Positions 1 through 8,612 of a stretch of 28,030 nt of DNA are shown one piece after another (position 1 is the stretch's first letter; each line of letters begins with the position of its first letter). The translations under genes and the position numbers were made by a program. Source of the DNA: Solirubrobacterales bacterium. GTDB taxonomy: Bacteria; Actinomycetota; Thermoleophilia; Solirubrobacterales; 70-9. The notes beneath the pieces are model-generated. The model had not been told where the DNA came from and did no database searches. It worked only from the letters and a program-made list of their open reading frames with translations. The stretch lies in NCBI GenBank assembly GCA_051305975.1, contig JBPPMI010000216.1, positions 1-28,030 on the forward strand, written 5' to 3'.

Positions 1-2
1 TG

Positions 3-2258
3 CGCACTCCCACCAATACGATCAAGCGCAAGGTCAGCAAGAAGAAGCTCAAGAAGGCCAAGAAGCTGCGCAAGAAGCAGATGAAGATGTGCAAGACCTT
101 CAAGAAGAAGGCGAAGCGCAAGGACTGCAAGAAACGCGCAAACAGGAAGTTCCGTGCCCGCACCAAGCCGACCATCACCAGGCTCGGCCTGGGCACCGCG
201 AAGTTCGAGACCCTGAAGCCGGGCGAGAACCCGCCGGCGGCGTTCTACGGGAACAAGGAACTGAAGCAGGGCCTTAACTACGTGACCATGCGCGACGGCA
301 CCGAGATCGCGATGACCGTCCGTCTGCCACTCGGGAAAACGATGAGCCAGGGGCCGTTCCCGACCTTCATCGAGTACTCCGGCTATCAGACAGCGGCCCC
401 TCACGATCTGCTCGCGGGGATCATCGGTGGCGTCGCCGGGGCGTCTGATCCGCTCGCCCCGGACAGTGCGACAGCAGTCGGCGGACTCATCGGGCCGCTG
501 ACCGACTTCGCCACGGTGAGCGTCCAGATGCGCGGTTCCGGCTGCTCCGGTGGCGCGTTCGACCTTTTCGGTTGGCCCACGACGTACGACGGCTACGATG
601 CGGTCGAGACGGTGGCCGCGCAGGACTGGGTCAAGGGCAAGGTCGGCATGGGCGGGATCTCGTTCTCCGGAATTACCCAGCTCTTCACGGCCGGGACCCA
701 GCCGCCGAACCTGGCCGCCGTGGCCCCGCTGTCGGTAACCAATGACATCTACTATGCCACCGGCTTCCCCGGCGGTATCTTCAACGACGGCTTCGCCTAC
801 AGCTGGATCACCGAGCGGGCCGAGGATGCCGAACCAGCTCCTGAGGGTGGACAGCCCTGGGCTCGCGAAATGAGCACCAACGGCGACCCTCAGGTGTCCG
901 ATCCGGCCCTCCGCGAGTCACAGAAGCAGCACTGCCTGGCCAACCAGCGCATGCGGCTACAGACCCGTGACTACAACAAGCTGATCGAAACCAACCCGTA
1001 CCGTACCCCGCAACTGTTCGAGAAGCGTTCACCGGGCGCCTGGGTGGACAAGATCGACGTGCCGGTCTTCCTCGTCGGTGCCTTCCAGGACGAACAGACC
1101 GGCGGCCACTGGACCGAAGCGGTCAAGGACCTGCCGAAATCGAACCCCGACGTCTACGTCACCATGCAGAACGGCGTCCACGTCGACTCGCTCGGCCCGA
1201 GCACCTTCACCCAGATGACCGATTTCCTCAACCTCTGGGTGGGCGACGGCCGCGTTCCGAGGATCAACCCCCTCGTCACCACACTGTCACCGGTGCTCTA
1301 CGAGGCGGTCGCGTCCTCGACGGCGCTGCCGATCACGCCCTCGAAGTACGGCCTGTGGCTCGACACCCCGGCCAACCTCCAGAAGGCGAGGGCGGACTTT
1401 CGCAAGGAGAACCCGCGGATCCGCGTGTTGATGGACAACGGCGCGGCTTTGCCGGGCCAGCCCGGAGCGATCGGAGCGGCGTGGGAGACCAAATTCACCG
1501 ACTGGCCGGTCCCAAGCGTGAAGCCGACCGCCTACTACCTCGGCAAGGGCGGAACCCTCACCCAGAGCAAGCCGGGGACGCAGGACTCCGTCAGCTACAA
1601 GTCCGATCCGAAGGCCCGTCCGACCCGCACCCTCGGTGAGAACGCCGAGGGCGATTCCTGGCTGGCCCAGCCGCCCTACCAGTGGACGCCGGTCGCCCAG
1701 GGCAAGGGACTCGGATTCCTGACCCCGAAGTTGGCGAAGGACACGTTCATCGCCGGACCGTCGAGTCTCGATCTGTACCTCAAGTCGAGCGAGACGAACA
1801 CGGACCTCCAGGTGACCCTGACCGAGGTCCGGCCCGACGGCAAGGAGACCTACGTCCAGAACGGCTGGCTGCGGGCCTCTCACCGGAAGATCGATCCCAA
1901 TGCCTCGACCGTGGACAATCCGGTCCAGACCTGGCTCGAAGATGACGGTGCCCCGCTCGCGAAGGGCAAGTACAACCTGACCCGCGTCCAGATCTTCCCG
2001 GCAGCGCACGTGTTCCGGAAGGACTCGAAGATCCGGATCAACGTCCAGGCGCCCGGCGGAGACCGGACCATCTGGGACTTCGCCACGATCGAGAAGGGCC
2101 AGACCACCAACACGATCGGACTGGGCGGCGCAGTGCCGTCCAGGCTGGTCCTGCCGGTGATCCCGAATGAAGACGCACAGGGCAACCCCCTGCCGGGTCC
2201 TACGGCCTTGCGCGGTCAGCCGAGCCGCACGTTCGCGCCGGCATCCAACGGAGGTTGA
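3..2258 (+). CDS. CocE/NonD family hydrolase (peptidase S15 / X-Pro dipeptidyl-peptidase fold), 5'-truncated by the window edge
   Basis: Frame is open from base 3 (RTPTNTIKRKVSKKKLKK...), so the true start is upstream of the window. Motifs: VTMRDGTEIA, P.FIEYSGY, RGSGCSGG, nucleophile elbow GISFSG, and a C-terminal PepX_C-like region (GPSSLDLYL, GWLRASHR). Confidence 0.88.
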   Translation, partial: RTPTNTIKRKVSKKKLKKAKKLRKKQMKMCKTFKKKAKRKDCKKRANRKFRARTKPTITRLGLGTAKFETLKPGENPPAAFYGNKELKQGLNYVTMRDGTEIAMTVRLPLGKTMSQGPFPTFIEYSGYQTAAPHDLLAGIIGGVAGASDPLAPDSATAVGGLIGPLTDFATVSVQMRGSGCSGGAFDLFGWPTTYDGYDAVETVAAQDWVKGKVGMGGISFSGITQLFTAGTQPPNLAAVAPLSVTNDIYYATGFPGGIFNDGFAYSWITERAEDAEPAPEGGQPWAREMSTNGDPQVSDPALRESQKQHCLANQRMRLQTRDYNKLIETNPYRTPQLFEKRSPGAWVDKIDVPVFLVGAFQDEQTGGHWTEAVKDLPKSNPDVYVTMQNGVHVDSLGPSTFTQMTDFLNLWVGDGRVPRINPLVTTLSPVLYEAVASSTALPITPSKYGLWLDTPANLQKARADFRKENPRIRVLMDNGAALPGQPGAIGAAWETKFTDWPVPSVKPTAYYLGKGGTLTQSKPGTQDSVSYKSDPKARPTRTLGENAEGDSWLAQPPYQWTPVAQGKGLGFLTPKLAKDTFIAGPSSLDLYLKSSETNTDLQVTLTEVRPDGKETYVQNGWLRASHRKIDPNASTVDNPVQTWLEDDGAPLAKGKYNLTRVQIFPAAHVFRKDSKIRINVQAPGGDRTIWDFATIEKGQTTNTIGLGGAVPSRLVLPVIPNEDAQGNPLPGPTALRGQPSRTFAPASNGG

Positions 2259-2265
2259 TCCACCG

Positions 2266-2316
2266 GGCTGAACCGGAAGTGGGCTTTTCCCTGCTTCCGG
2301 TTCAGCCTGTTTTCTT
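2266..2316 (+). terminator. Intrinsic terminator after the CocE/NonD gene
   Basis: 14-bp perfect stem GGCTGAACCGGAAG (2266-2279) / CTTCCGGTTCAGCC (2294-2307) followed by TGTTTTCTT. Confidence 0.8.
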
Positions 2317-2332
2317 CTGCAGCCGGCTGGGC

Positions 2333-2338
2333 TAGGAT
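2333..2338 (+). promoter_or_regulatory. -10 hexamer of a probable leaderless gene
   Basis: TAGGAT exactly 6 nt before GTG 2345, with no Shine-Dalgarno. Confidence 0.6.
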
Positions 2339-2344
2339 CGGCCC

Positions 2345-3502
2345 GTGCCGTCCGTTCCCAGGGATCTTGCGTCGAAACGACCGAAGTTGATCGATAACCC
2401 GATTCGGCGGTACGACTTCGTCCAGAAGCTGGAATGGTTCCTGATCGTCGCGATCACGACGATCCTGGTGATCCGGACGCAACTCTGGCTGACCAACTAT
2501 CCGCAGCTCGGTGGTGGCGGACTCCACATCGCCCACCTGCTCTACGGCGGGATCTTCATGGTCATCTCGATCTGGATCGGGCTGATCTACCTGAACCGGG
2601 GAGGACGCACCGCCTCGGCGATCATCGGGGGAATCGGCTTCGGCTTCTTCATCGACGAGCTCGGCAAGTTCATCACCTCGGACAACAACTACTTCTTCAA
2701 GCCCGCCGCGGGCATCATCTACATCGTCTTCATCATTCTCTTCCTGATCATCAGGGAGCTCTCGCGCCGCCAGGTGCTCGACCAGAAGACCGCCCTCGCG
2801 AACGCGATGGCGTTCTTGCCGGCCACCGTCTCCGGGGAGTTCCGCCGGGACGAGCTCGAAGTGGCGAACCAGCTCCTCGACCAGTCCGACCCGGACGATC
2901 CGCGGGTCGCCGGGATCCGCAGCTACTTCAAGGACGCAGTGCTCGCACCGGACAAGCGGCCGTCGCGCATCGCCCAGACGATCGACCGCGTACACCAGCG
3001 GATCACGCGGGTCACGGAGAGGCCGAACTTCGGAAAATGGGTAATCCGGATCGTGGTCGTCTGGGGAGTCGTCTCGCTGCTCAGCATCGTTGATCTGCAG
3101 TATGACCTCGGGCTGCAGACCCAGACGGCGAACAACGTGCCGAGTAGCAGTCCGGACTTCCTCAGCATCGCCCGCACGCTGTCGATCCTGACGTCGGTGA
3201 TCATGATCGCCATCGGCATCTACAAGATGCTGAAGGACGACCACCAGGCCGCCTACTCCTGGTTCGGCCGGGCCTTCCTCGTCTCGATCTTCGTCACCCG
3301 TGTCTTCTCGTTCGTCGAGGCGCAGTTCGGCGCGGTCTTCGGCCTGGTGATCGACGTGATCCTCTACTCCGCAATCTCGGAACTGGCGTCGCAGGACAAC
3401 CAGCGGAGGCATCACTTCGGCGGTCTCGGGGACGGGGAGCTTTCCGATCGTCAGAATGAGATCGATGGCGAAAAAGAGAAACCGCCGGCGCCGGCGAGCT
3501 GA
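2345..3502 (+). CDS. Multi-pass membrane protein of unknown function
   Basis: 385-aa ORF with about 8 hydrophobic segments. Polar motifs HIAHLLYGG and FFIDELGKF sit within the membrane region. GC-rich codon bias. Confidence 0.8.
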   Translation: MPSVPRDLASKRPKLIDNPIRRYDFVQKLEWFLIVAITTILVIRTQLWLTNYPQLGGGGLHIAHLLYGGIFMVISIWIGLIYLNRGGRTASAIIGGIGFGFFIDELGKFITSDNNYFFKPAAGIIYIVFIILFLIIRELSRRQVLDQKTALANAMAFLPATVSGEFRRDELEVANQLLDQSDPDDPRVAGIRSYFKDAVLAPDKRPSRIAQTIDRVHQRITRVTERPNFGKWVIRIVVVWGVVSLLSIVDLQYDLGLQTQTANNVPSSSPDFLSIARTLSILTSVIMIAIGIYKMLKDDHQAAYSWFGRAFLVSIFVTRVFSFVEAQFGAVFGLVIDVILYSAISELASQDNQRRHHFGGLGDGELSDRQNEIDGEKEKPPAPAS

Positions 3503-3821
3503 AGACAAGGGCGCGACCTCGATCTACGCCGACCCGGAGGGCAACGTGCTCACCCTCCGCCAGGAGCTCTCCCCGGGCTCGGTCAAGAAGATCAGGACGG
3601 AGATGGTCTCGGACGCGGCCAGCGTCGACGACATCTGGCGCCGTCGCACCGAGCTTCTCTTCGAGCGCCTCGTTGTCGCGTGGGAGATCAGCGGCCTGCC
3701 GCTCGACGACCAGGCGATGCTGATCGGCCGTTACCGGATGGCCGATTCAGCCGAGAAGCAGTGGGTGAGAGAGACCATCAACCAGCACGTGGCCACATAC
3801 ATCCCGGACCTCGATACCTAA
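3465..3821 (+). CDS. Hypothetical protein with a basic N-terminus
   Basis: MAKKRNRRRRR... 118 aa. ATG 3465 has CAGAAT 7 nt upstream (alternative ATG at 3456). Overlaps the previous ORF by 38 nt. Confidence 0.7.
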   Translation: MAKKRNRRRRRAEDKGATSIYADPEGNVLTLRQELSPGSVKKIRTEMVSDAASVDDIWRRRTELLFERLVVAWEISGLPLDDQAMLIGRYRMADSAEKQWVRETINQHVATYIPDLDT

Positions 3822-3829
3822 ACGGCGGC

Positions 3830-3874
3830 TCTGGCAATGGTTTAGGCCCCTGGGCGACCCAAACCATTGCCAGA
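3830..3874. terminator. Probable bidirectional terminator between convergent genes
   Basis: 14-bp perfect inverted repeat TCTGGCAATGGTTT (3830-3843) / AAACCATTGCCAGA (3861-3874), between stops at 3821 (+) and 3880 (-). Confidence 0.7.
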
Positions 3875-3879
3875 AGACG

Positions 3880-4674
3880 TCAGGGCTTTAGTTTGTGGCC
3901 GGTGCTGAACAGGTGTTGCGACCAGGTGACCAGCAGGACCGTGATCACCGCGACGATCGAGAGTGAGAGCACGGGATTGACGTCGCTGTGCCCCAGGAAG
4001 CCGTACCGGGTGGCGTCGACGACATAGAAGAGCGGGTTGAAATGTGAGATCTGTTCCCACGGGGTTCCGAGCCGGCTCACCGAATAGAAGACGCCGCCGA
4101 GGAAGATCAGCGGCAGGATCACGATGTTGTTGATGAACGACTGGTTGTCCCACGACTCGGCGTAGACACCGACGATGATGCCGAGCGCTCCGAAGGCGGT
4201 GGTCAGAAGGAGCACTGCGAGCAGGGCCTCCGCCGGGTACTCGAGCGGCGCACCGGTGATCGGGATCGCGAAGGCGGTCAGCAGGAGGCCGATCATCAGC
4301 GACCGCATCGCCCCGCCGACGAGGTAGCCGAGGTGGACGTGCCAGGCCGGCATCGGGGCCGACAGGATGTCGTCGAGGTAGCGGTCGTTCCGCGCCTGGA
4401 AGATCGTGCTCGAATTGTTCGAGTAGGCGGCCTGGGCCATCGCCATCGCGATCAGGCCCGGCACGATGTAGACCTTGTAATCGAAGCCGTTGATCTCGGT
4501 GATGCTGTCGCCGAGCGAGAGTCCGAACACGACCATGAAGAGCAGGGCGGCGATCACGGGGGCGAGGATCGTCTGCTTCCAGAGCTTGAGCACGCGGTGG
4601 CACTCGCGGCGTGAGAGCCACGCGAGTCCGCGCCACGGATGTGGCTCGACCTGTGCCGGGGGCAGCGGAGTCAA
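3880..4674 (-). CDS. ABC-2 type transporter permease (YadH-like)
   Basis: Six TM segments; RVLKLWKQTILAPVI, YIVPGLIAM, PLIFLGGVFY and NPLFYVVDATRYGF motifs. TTG start overlaps the upstream stop (TTGA). Confidence 0.88.
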   Translation of the reverse strand: MTPLPPAQVEPHPWRGLAWLSRRECHRVLKLWKQTILAPVIAALLFMVVFGLSLGDSITEINGFDYKVYIVPGLIAMAMAQAAYSNNSSTIFQARNDRYLDDILSAPMPAWHVHLGYLVGGAMRSLMIGLLLTAFAIPITGAPLEYPAEALLAVLLLTTAFGALGIIVGVYAESWDNQSFINNIVILPLIFLGGVFYSVSRLGTPWEQISHFNPLFYVVDATRYGFLGHSDVNPVLSLSIVAVITVLLVTWSQHLFSTGHKLKP

Positions 4675-5561
4675 CTTCTGGGCTCGCCAGCTTCTTCGCG
4701 CAGCACTTCGATGATCATCGAGTGGTCGCGCTCACCACGTTCGGACTGGACGAGGCGGTCGAGGGACTGGTGGGCCAGCCCGAAAGCTTCGACCGGCGTG
4801 CCCGAGGCCTTCGCCAGCGCCTCGACTATGCGGGCGTCCTTGGCGTGGAGCTCGGCCTTGAAGCCGGGGTCGAAGTTGCCGTCCAGCATGCGCTTGCCGT
4901 GGTTCTGGAGGACTGAGCTGTCGGCGGAGCCACCGGTCACCGCTTCCCGCATCACGGCGGGGTCGATCAGCCCCGACCGCTCCGCCAGGAGGATCGCTTC
5001 GGCGACGGCGCGCACGTTGCTGCCGACCAGGAGCTGGTTGCAGGCCTTGGCCACCTGACCGGCGCCGGCGGGCCCCACGTGCGTCACGCGTTCACCGACG
5101 ACCTCGAGCAGGGGCCGGGCGGTCTCGAAGTCCTCCCCGTTGCCACCGGCCATGACCGAGAGCGTCCCCGCGATCGCTCCGGCTTCCCCGCCTGAGACGG
5201 GCGCGTCGACGAAGCCGATGTCGTGGGCCTGCAGGCGCTCGCCGATGTCGACCGTCGCACCGGGGTCGATCGTGCTCATGTCGATGACTAGCCCGTTGAA
5301 GTCCTTCGCCGAAACGATGCCGCCGTCGCCGAACAGGACCAGCTCGACGTCCGGGGTGTCGGGCACGTTCAGGAAGACGACGTCGCATTCCTCCGCCACC
5401 TCGGCCGGGGTGTGGCCGTAACCGGCACCACGGTCGAGGAGCGGGTCGGCCTTCCACGCGGTCCGGTTGTTGACGATCAGGTGGTACCCGGCGTCGATCA
5501 GGTTCGAGGCCGCCGCCCGGCCCATGATGCCGAGCCCGATGTAACCGACTTTTCCGCTCAT
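4671..5561 (-). CDS. NAD(P)-dependent beta-hydroxyacid dehydrogenase (GarR/GlxR/3-hydroxyisobutyrate dehydrogenase family)
   Basis: Real start is MSGKVGYIGLGIMG at 5561 (Rossmann GxGxxG). Motifs IDMST, DAPVSGG, AGQVAKACNQ. The track's 715-aa ORF is an upstream open-frame artefact. Confidence 0.9.
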   Translation of the reverse strand: MSGKVGYIGLGIMGRAAASNLIDAGYHLIVNNRTAWKADPLLDRGAGYGHTPAEVAEECDVVFLNVPDTPDVELVLFGDGGIVSAKDFNGLVIDMSTIDPGATVDIGERLQAHDIGFVDAPVSGGEAGAIAGTLSVMAGGNGEDFETARPLLEVVGERVTHVGPAGAGQVAKACNQLLVGSNVRAVAEAILLAERSGLIDPAVMREAVTGGSADSSVLQNHGKRMLDGNFDPGFKAELHAKDARIVEALAKASGTPVEAFGLAHQSLDRLVQSERGERDHSMIIEVLREEAGEPRS

Positions 5562-6325
5562 GCCCTTGCCGCCTCCTCGGCCAGGGCAATTTTGCCGCCG
5601 GCCACAGTTTTCAGATAGACCTCTTCGAGCGTCCCGACACCGTGGGTGTCTTTCAGCCCTGCCGCCGTGTCGCGGGCCACTATCTGGCCGCCGCTGATCA
5701 GGGCGATCTCGTCGCAGAGCGCTTCGGCTTCTTCGAGGTAGTGCGTCGTCAGGAGGATGGTGGTGCCCTGATCGTGGAGCACGCGGATGTAGCTCCAGAG
5801 CTCGTGGCGGAGTTCGAGGTCGACTCCGGCGGTCGGTTCGTCGAGGATCACCAGATTGGGCCGGTGGAGCAGGGCCCGGGCGAGCAGCAGGCGGCGGCGC
5901 ATGCCGCCTGAGAGCTTGGGGGCTTCGACGTTCCGCTTGCCGCGCAGGTCGAAGGCGTCGATCATCTGCTCGGCCCGCTCGTCCGCCTCGTCGGCGCCCA
6001 TGCCGTAGTAGCCGCCGTGGTAGAGCAGCGTTTCGTAGACGGTCAGGAACTTGTCGAGGTTCGGTTCCTGCTCGGCGATCCCGATCATCCGGCGGGCCGT
6101 CATGCTGCCGCCGGGGTGCCCGAAAACCCTGATTTCGCCGTCGGTCGGGCGGACCAGGTTGCAGACGGCGCCGATCAAGGTCGTCTTGCCGGCGCCGTTC
6201 GGTCCGAGCAGCCCGAAGAAGCTGCCGTCGGGCACTTCGAGGTCGAGGTCGTCGAGCGCGAGGGTGCCGTCGCCGTAGCGTTTGGTCAGGCCTTTGATGT
6301 CGAGGGCGGCTGGAGTCTGGTTCAT
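5558..6325 (-). CDS. ABC transporter ATP-binding protein (YadG/DrrA-like)
   Basis: Walker A GPNGAGKT, signature LSGGM, Walker B ILDEPT, H-loop LTTHY. Confidence 0.93.
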   Translation of the reverse strand: MNQTPAALDIKGLTKRYGDGTLALDDLDLEVPDGSFFGLLGPNGAGKTTLIGAVCNLVRPTDGEIRVFGHPGGSMTARRMIGIAEQEPNLDKFLTVYETLLYHGGYYGMGADEADERAEQMIDAFDLRGKRNVEAPKLSGGMRRRLLLARALLHRPNLVILDEPTAGVDLELRHELWSYIRVLHDQGTTILLTTHYLEEAEALCDEIALISGGQIVARDTAAGLKDTHGVGTLEEVYLKTVAGGKIALAEEAARA

Positions 6326-6341
6326 CCGTCACCATGTTGAC
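6326..6341. promoter_or_regulatory. Overlapping divergent leaderless promoters
   Basis: Only 16 nt separate the divergent ATGs. CACCAT (6330-6335) lies 6 nt before ATG 6342. On the minus strand CATGGT or CAACAT lies 5 or 8 nt before ATG 6325. Confidence 0.45.
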
Positions 6342-7475
6342 ATGACTGCCCTGGATGGTCTCCTGGTCGCCGATTTCAGCCGGGTCCTGGCCGGCCCGCT
6401 GACGGCCATGACGCTCGGGGATCTGGGTGCCGACGTGATCAAGGTTGAATCCCCCGCCGGTGACGAGACCCGCTCCTGGAAACCACCGACCGATGACGAG
6501 GGGCGCGCCACCTACTTCCTCGCGGTGAACCGGAACAAGCGGTCCGTGTCCCTCGACCTGAAGGACCCGGGAGACCTTCCTCTCGCCCAGGAACTGGCGC
6601 GCCGGGCCGACGTCCTGATCGAGAACTTCAAACCCGGCACCATGGACCGGTTCGGGCTCGATTACTCGACGGTGTCGATGGAGAACCCCGGCATCGTCTA
6701 CTGCTCGATCTCGGGATTCGGCGAGGCCGGCGGCAGGGACCTGCCCGGATACGACCCGCTGGTCCAGGCTCTGAGCGGCCTGATGTCGGTGACCGGCCCG
6801 GAGGAGGGCGGGGGCCACAAAGTCGGTGTAGCTCTGGTAGACGTGATCGCCGGCCTCAACGCGGCGACCGGCATCCTCGCGGCGCTAAGGGCCCGCGACC
6901 GCGACCGGGTCGGGCAGCGGGTCTCGATCGACCTGCTCTCGACAGCCCTGGCGGCCCTCGCGAACCAGGGTTCGTCGTACCTGAACACCGGGACCTCGCC
7001 CGTCCGGCTCGGCAACGTCCACCCGAGCATCGAACCCTTCAGCACGTACGAGTCGGCCGACGGGCCGCTGATGGTCTGCGCCGGCAACGATCACCAGTTT
7101 GCGCAGCTCGCGACCACGATCGGCGCCCCTTCGCTGATCGAGGACCCTCGCTTCCGCACCAATTCCGACCGGGTTACGAACCGGGAAGAGCTCCGGCCCG
7201 AGCTGGAATCCCGCCTGAAGCTCGATTCCTGCGACTACTGGGCCGGGGCGCTCGGAGATGCCGGGGTACCGGCGGGCCCGGTCAACGACGTCGAAGCCGG
7301 CTACCGGCTAGCCGATTCGCTCGGTCTCGACCCGGTCGAAGAGATCGAAGGCATCAGGACGGCCCGTTCGCCGATCAAGCTCTCGGCAACGCCCGCCGAG
7401 ACCCGGTCGGCGCCACCAGGGATCGACGAGCAGGGAGAAGAGATCCGTGCCTGGCTCTCCACCCCTGCCACCTGA
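6342..7475 (+). CDS. Family III CoA-transferase (CaiB/BaiF)
   Basis: DFSRVLAGP, LGADVIKVE, NRNKRSV, VLIENFKPG and GYDPLVQALSGLM motifs. Start taken as ATG 6342 (MTALDG...). Confidence 0.93.
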   Translation: MTALDGLLVADFSRVLAGPLTAMTLGDLGADVIKVESPAGDETRSWKPPTDDEGRATYFLAVNRNKRSVSLDLKDPGDLPLAQELARRADVLIENFKPGTMDRFGLDYSTVSMENPGIVYCSISGFGEAGGRDLPGYDPLVQALSGLMSVTGPEEGGGHKVGVALVDVIAGLNAATGILAALRARDRDRVGQRVSIDLLSTALAALANQGSSYLNTGTSPVRLGNVHPSIEPFSTYESADGPLMVCAGNDHQFAQLATTIGAPSLIEDPRFRTNSDRVTNREELRPELESRLKLDSCDYWAGALGDAGVPAGPVNDVEAGYRLADSLGLDPVEEIEGIRTARSPIKLSATPAETRSAPPGIDEQGEEIRAWLSTPAT

Positions 7476-7559
7476 CCAGGCGTCTGCGTTATTGGTCGAA
7501 ATACCGCAGTTTTCGCAGTCACTTGCGGGTATGAGGTTCCGGGGTGCCACACTCTGTCC

Positions 7560-8612
7560 GTGGACCTTGCCCAGCTCGAGACGACCATGGCCGAACTCGG
7601 CCAGCCCGCCTACCGGACCAACCAGGTCTGGGAGTGGCTCGCGCGCGGGGCCGATTCGTTCGACGAGATGAGCAACCTGCCGGCGGACCTGCGGGAGCAA
7701 CTCGCGGAGAAGCTGCCAGTCTCGACCCTGGAAGTCGATGCTTCGGCCCTTTCGGTCGACGGCACCGAGAAGGCCCTCTTCCTGACCGGTGACCAGCGAC
7801 CGGTCGAAGCCGTTCTGATGCGCTACCGCGACGGGCGCCGCTCCCTCTGCCTCTCCAGCCAGTCGGGCTGCCCGCTCACCTGCACCTTCTGCGCCACCGG
7901 CACTATGAAGTTCGGCCGCAACCTGACCGAATCGGAGATCCTCGACCAGGCCCTCCACTTCCGGAGGAAGGAAGAGGTCAACCACACCGTCTTCATGGGC
8001 ATGGGGGAGCCGATGATGAACCTCGACAACGTCCTCGCGGCCTGCGAGAAGCTGCCGGAGATCGGGATCGCCAACTCGCACACGACGATCTCGACCGTCG
8101 GCTGGCTGCCGGGCATCCAGCGGGTGACGACCGACGGGCCATCGGTGCGGCTCGCCCTCTCGCTCCACGCGCCGAACGACGAACTGCGGTCGAGGATCAT
8201 GCCGGTCAACGACAAGTACCCGATGAACGAAGTGGTCGACGCGGCCCGCGAGTGGCGCCACGTCCGGAAACGCAAGGTCTTCATCGAGTACCTGATGCTC
8301 GACGGCGTGAACGACAGCGACGAGCTCGCGAATGAACTGGCCGACCTGCTGCTGCCGAAGAACGACTTCAAGGTCAACCTGATTCCGTACAACCCGACCG
8401 GTGGCGTCTACCAGGGCTCACCCCGTGGGCGGATCGAAGCATTCCGTCAGACACTGATGAAGCGCGGCATCCACGCGACGGTCCGCCTCACAAGAGGCAG
8501 GGACATCGACGCAGCCTGCGGCCAACTCGCCGCCAAGGCCGTGGGTCCCACGGAACCACCAGGACCCGCCTGGACTTCGTCGACGGCCGACACGACCAGC
8601 TCAGGTACGTGA
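7560..8612 (+). CDS. rlmN: Dual-specificity RNA methyltransferase RlmN (radical SAM, 23S rRNA m2A2503)
   Basis: CLSSQSGCPLTCTFCATG (CxxxCxxC), VFMGMGEP, LALSLHAP, VNLIPYN, RGRDIDAACGQL. The GTG start has CACACT 6 nt upstream. Confidence 0.95.
   Translation: MDLAQLETTMAELGQPAYRTNQVWEWLARGADSFDEMSNLPADLREQLAEKLPVSTLEVDASALSVDGTEKALFLTGDQRPVEAVLMRYRDGRRSLCLSSQSGCPLTCTFCATGTMKFGRNLTESEILDQALHFRRKEEVNHTVFMGMGEPMMNLDNVLAACEKLPEIGIANSHTTISTVGWLPGIQRVTTDGPSVRLALSLHAPNDELRSRIMPVNDKYPMNEVVDAAREWRHVRKRKVFIEYLMLDGVNDSDELANELADLLLPKNDFKVNLIPYNPTGGVYQGSPRGRIEAFRQTLMKRGIHATVRLTRGRDIDAACGQLAAKAVGPTEPPGPAWTSSTADTTSSGT

Noticed and set aside
4671-6818. 715-aa fusion ORF in the track
   Set aside because: Only the last 296 aa resemble a protein. 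The rest is an open alternative frame over the ABC ATPase and antisense to the CoA-transferase.
7498-7533. Imperfect hairpin between the CoA-transferase and rlmN
   Set aside because: Short, bulged and without a U-tract; cannot be supported as a terminator or repeat.
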